Assembly: GCF_963921235.1 (NCBI RefSeq)
Contig: NC_086118.1
Location: 13,332,001-13,396,000 of the forward strand
Reading direction: 5' to 3'
Length of the DNA: 64,000 nucleotides
Origin: Mobula hypostoma
Taxonomy: Eukaryota
The translations under genes were made by a program, and so were the position numbers. Under the pieces are notes generated by a model, which did not search any database, was not told where the DNA came from, and saw only the letters and a program-made list of their open reading frames with translations. Below, in pieces: positions 61,781 to 64,000 of the stretch (the stretch's first letter is position 1; each line of letters opens with the position of its first letter).

Positions 61781-63363
61781 GGTATAAACTGTAAAGAGAA
61801 TCTTCTACATAAATACCAACACCTGTCAAAAACAGTTTTCTTCTAAAAAAACTAGCACCTTTGATGTTTCTTTTGTTCTATGTGGTTTCTTTGTTTTGAG
61901 GATGTCTGCGAAGAAAACAAATTTCAGTATACATACTCTACTTTTAATTGCACTTTGAAACTTTGAAAAAAAAAGAAATTTAATTGACACCAACAAAAGT
62001 GTTGGGCATTGAAACTTTTGTGGAAAGAGATATATTGTATGTTGCTTCTTGCTTCTTATTTCCTTCCCTCCTGATACAATGCACAAAACTAATGTGCATA
62101 TTATGGTTTGCAAAAATCAGCCTGCCCTATAACTTAACATTCTCTTGCAGGTAACCTTAATACTCTGCAAATTCTGTCTTCCCTGAAACAACAGTAATTA
62201 GAAATATTGAAATGAATCCCATGGTTTAATGAATAACTACAGTCCTGAGTGTAAATCTAAGGCAAGTAGATCAAGAATGATGCAGATGCAATTTTGAGTC
62301 TCTGATGTTTGATGAGAGAGACTCCACAACTGTCCTTTGGACTAATATGGAGAAGGTTCACAACTTACTGACTCTGGCATAAGTGCTTATTGATTATGCT
62401 CTCGGTCCATTTCCCAATAACGTCTTCTATGGTTAAAGACCTCTAATGTTTAACAGGTTCACAATTTGGAATGGCCTCTAGGCTGAAGAAACAGAGATAT
62501 AGATCTAGATTGCCTGAGGGGCTAAAAGAGCAGACCTTTGCTGCTAGCACGCAAGTTTTGAGGAAGTAACCAATCCATTACACCATCCTAAACTACTAAT
62601 AAAATCATAAGCAGCAAAAAAAAATCTTTGTATCTTTCACTCACAATATTTTGCCATGATTTCAAGTTCTGTAATATTTGATCCGATCCATGTTTCATTT
62701 CAATTTGGTTGCATATGGAATTGAAAGCACTGGCTTTCAGTACTGTAGTCTGAACAGCTGACAACATTAATATGAAAAGAGTTCTTTTCAACTTGACAGC
62801 TAGATAGCTTGACCAATTAATTGACTTACTGTATCCTGGTCATGAATAAAATTCAAATTGGTTTATTATTGCCACATCTACTGAATAGTTTAAATTTGAC
62901 ACATGAAATTCTTGATGACTTAAATTCCACACATGAAATCAGTATCAGCTTAATAGAGTGGCAAGCCCAAAATCTTGTGAACCAACTTATCAACCCTCTC
63001 TTAATTTGACAGCATGGCAGTATTCATTTTCCACTTGTTGCTGCTGTTTCTCATTGCATTAGCTCACTTCTTCTTTCCTTGTCTTAAGTTTGCATCATTA
63101 TTTCTCATTCAAACTGTGATGCGTCCTCTACACCCCCACCTCTTCTCCTTCCTAGTGAGACCTTAATGAAATGAGCCTGCACCAAATCAATAAGCTGCTT
63201 TATTTTGCCAATATGTGTAAGCTCACATCACAAATTATTCACCCATTTATAGAGAGAGCAATAAGATAGATATGCAGTCTCATTCCCATTAGTTAACACT
63301 TTCTTCTGAACAATGGATCTCACAGACTATCTTGATAGGTTCTTTCATAACCATGGCAATCTG

Positions 63364-64000
63364 GAATTGAAATTGGAATTGGTTTATTAATGTCACATGT
63401 ACAGAGATACAATAAAAAGCTTGTTTTGCATACAGATCAATTCATTACACAGTGCATTGAAGTAGAACAAGGTAAACCAATAACAATGCAGAATAAATTG
63501 TAACAGCTACGGAGAAAGTGCCCTTCAGGTAAACAATAAGGTGCAAGATAATAATGAGGTGGACTGTCAGGTGAAGAGTCCATCTTATTGTACTAAAGAT
63601 CCTTTTAATTTTCTTGTAATAGTGGGTAGACACTGTCCTTGGGCCTGGTGTTAGGTGCTTTCAGACTTTTTGAATCTTCTGCCTGATGGAAGAGAGAAGA
63701 AGAGAGAATGTCAAGATAGGTGGGGACTTTGTTACACTGGCATCCTTACTGAGGTAGTGAGAAGTATAGAATCAGAATCACGTTTAGTATCATTGGGCTA
63801 TGCCATGAAAGTTGTTGTTTTCCCTTCCAGAGTCCATGAAGGGGAGACTGCTTTCTTTGATGTGTTGAGTGGTGTCAATAGCTCTGCAGTTCCTTGTGGT
63901 TATGTGAGGAGCCACTGCCTTAGTAAGCTGTGATGCATTAGACAGAACGCGTCAATAAAAAATTGTAATTGTCAACAGGGATGAGGAATGCATCTGGCCA
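63364..64000 (-). mobile_element. Rex1/L2-type LINE 3' fragment running to the window end
   Basis: Tail GAATTGGTTTATTAATGTCACATG and similarity to 38450-38700 and 47800-48080. Confidence 0.7.

Overview
Eukaryotic, repeat-dense genomic DNA, most likely from a cartilaginous fish. That assignment is inferred from the repeat repertoire (CR1, Rex1/Babar-type, RTE and Tx1 LINEs, V- and Deu-type SINEs, Penelope termini, Tc1, hAT, Chapaev3, Gypsy, BEL/Pao) and no database search was run. Nearly all long ORFs belong to transposable elements. Elements whose ends are defined by target-site duplications (TSDs) read directly from the sequence: a full-length RTE/BovB-like LINE (1338-6969, minus) interrupted by a 5'-truncated Tx1 LINE (2907-4236, plus); three solo LTRs; an integrase-less Gypsy element with PNMA-like gag (15992-21520); an internally deleted hAT element; a Chapaev3 derivative; a truncated RTE-clade LINE; and a short RTE-related non-autonomous element. 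There are also two deeply nested insertion stacks (27.4-30.9 kb and 47.1-51.9 kb) and several degenerate Penelope-type minimal hammerhead ribozyme motifs. No host gene could be named; two small phase-compatible minus-strand exon candidates lie at 692-1091. No rRNA, intact tRNA or CRISPR array was seen, and I found no well-supported new biological system. The best leads are the CpG-island-like 5' extension inside the RTE TSD, the hammerhead-bearing Penelope termini and the unidentified terminal exons.
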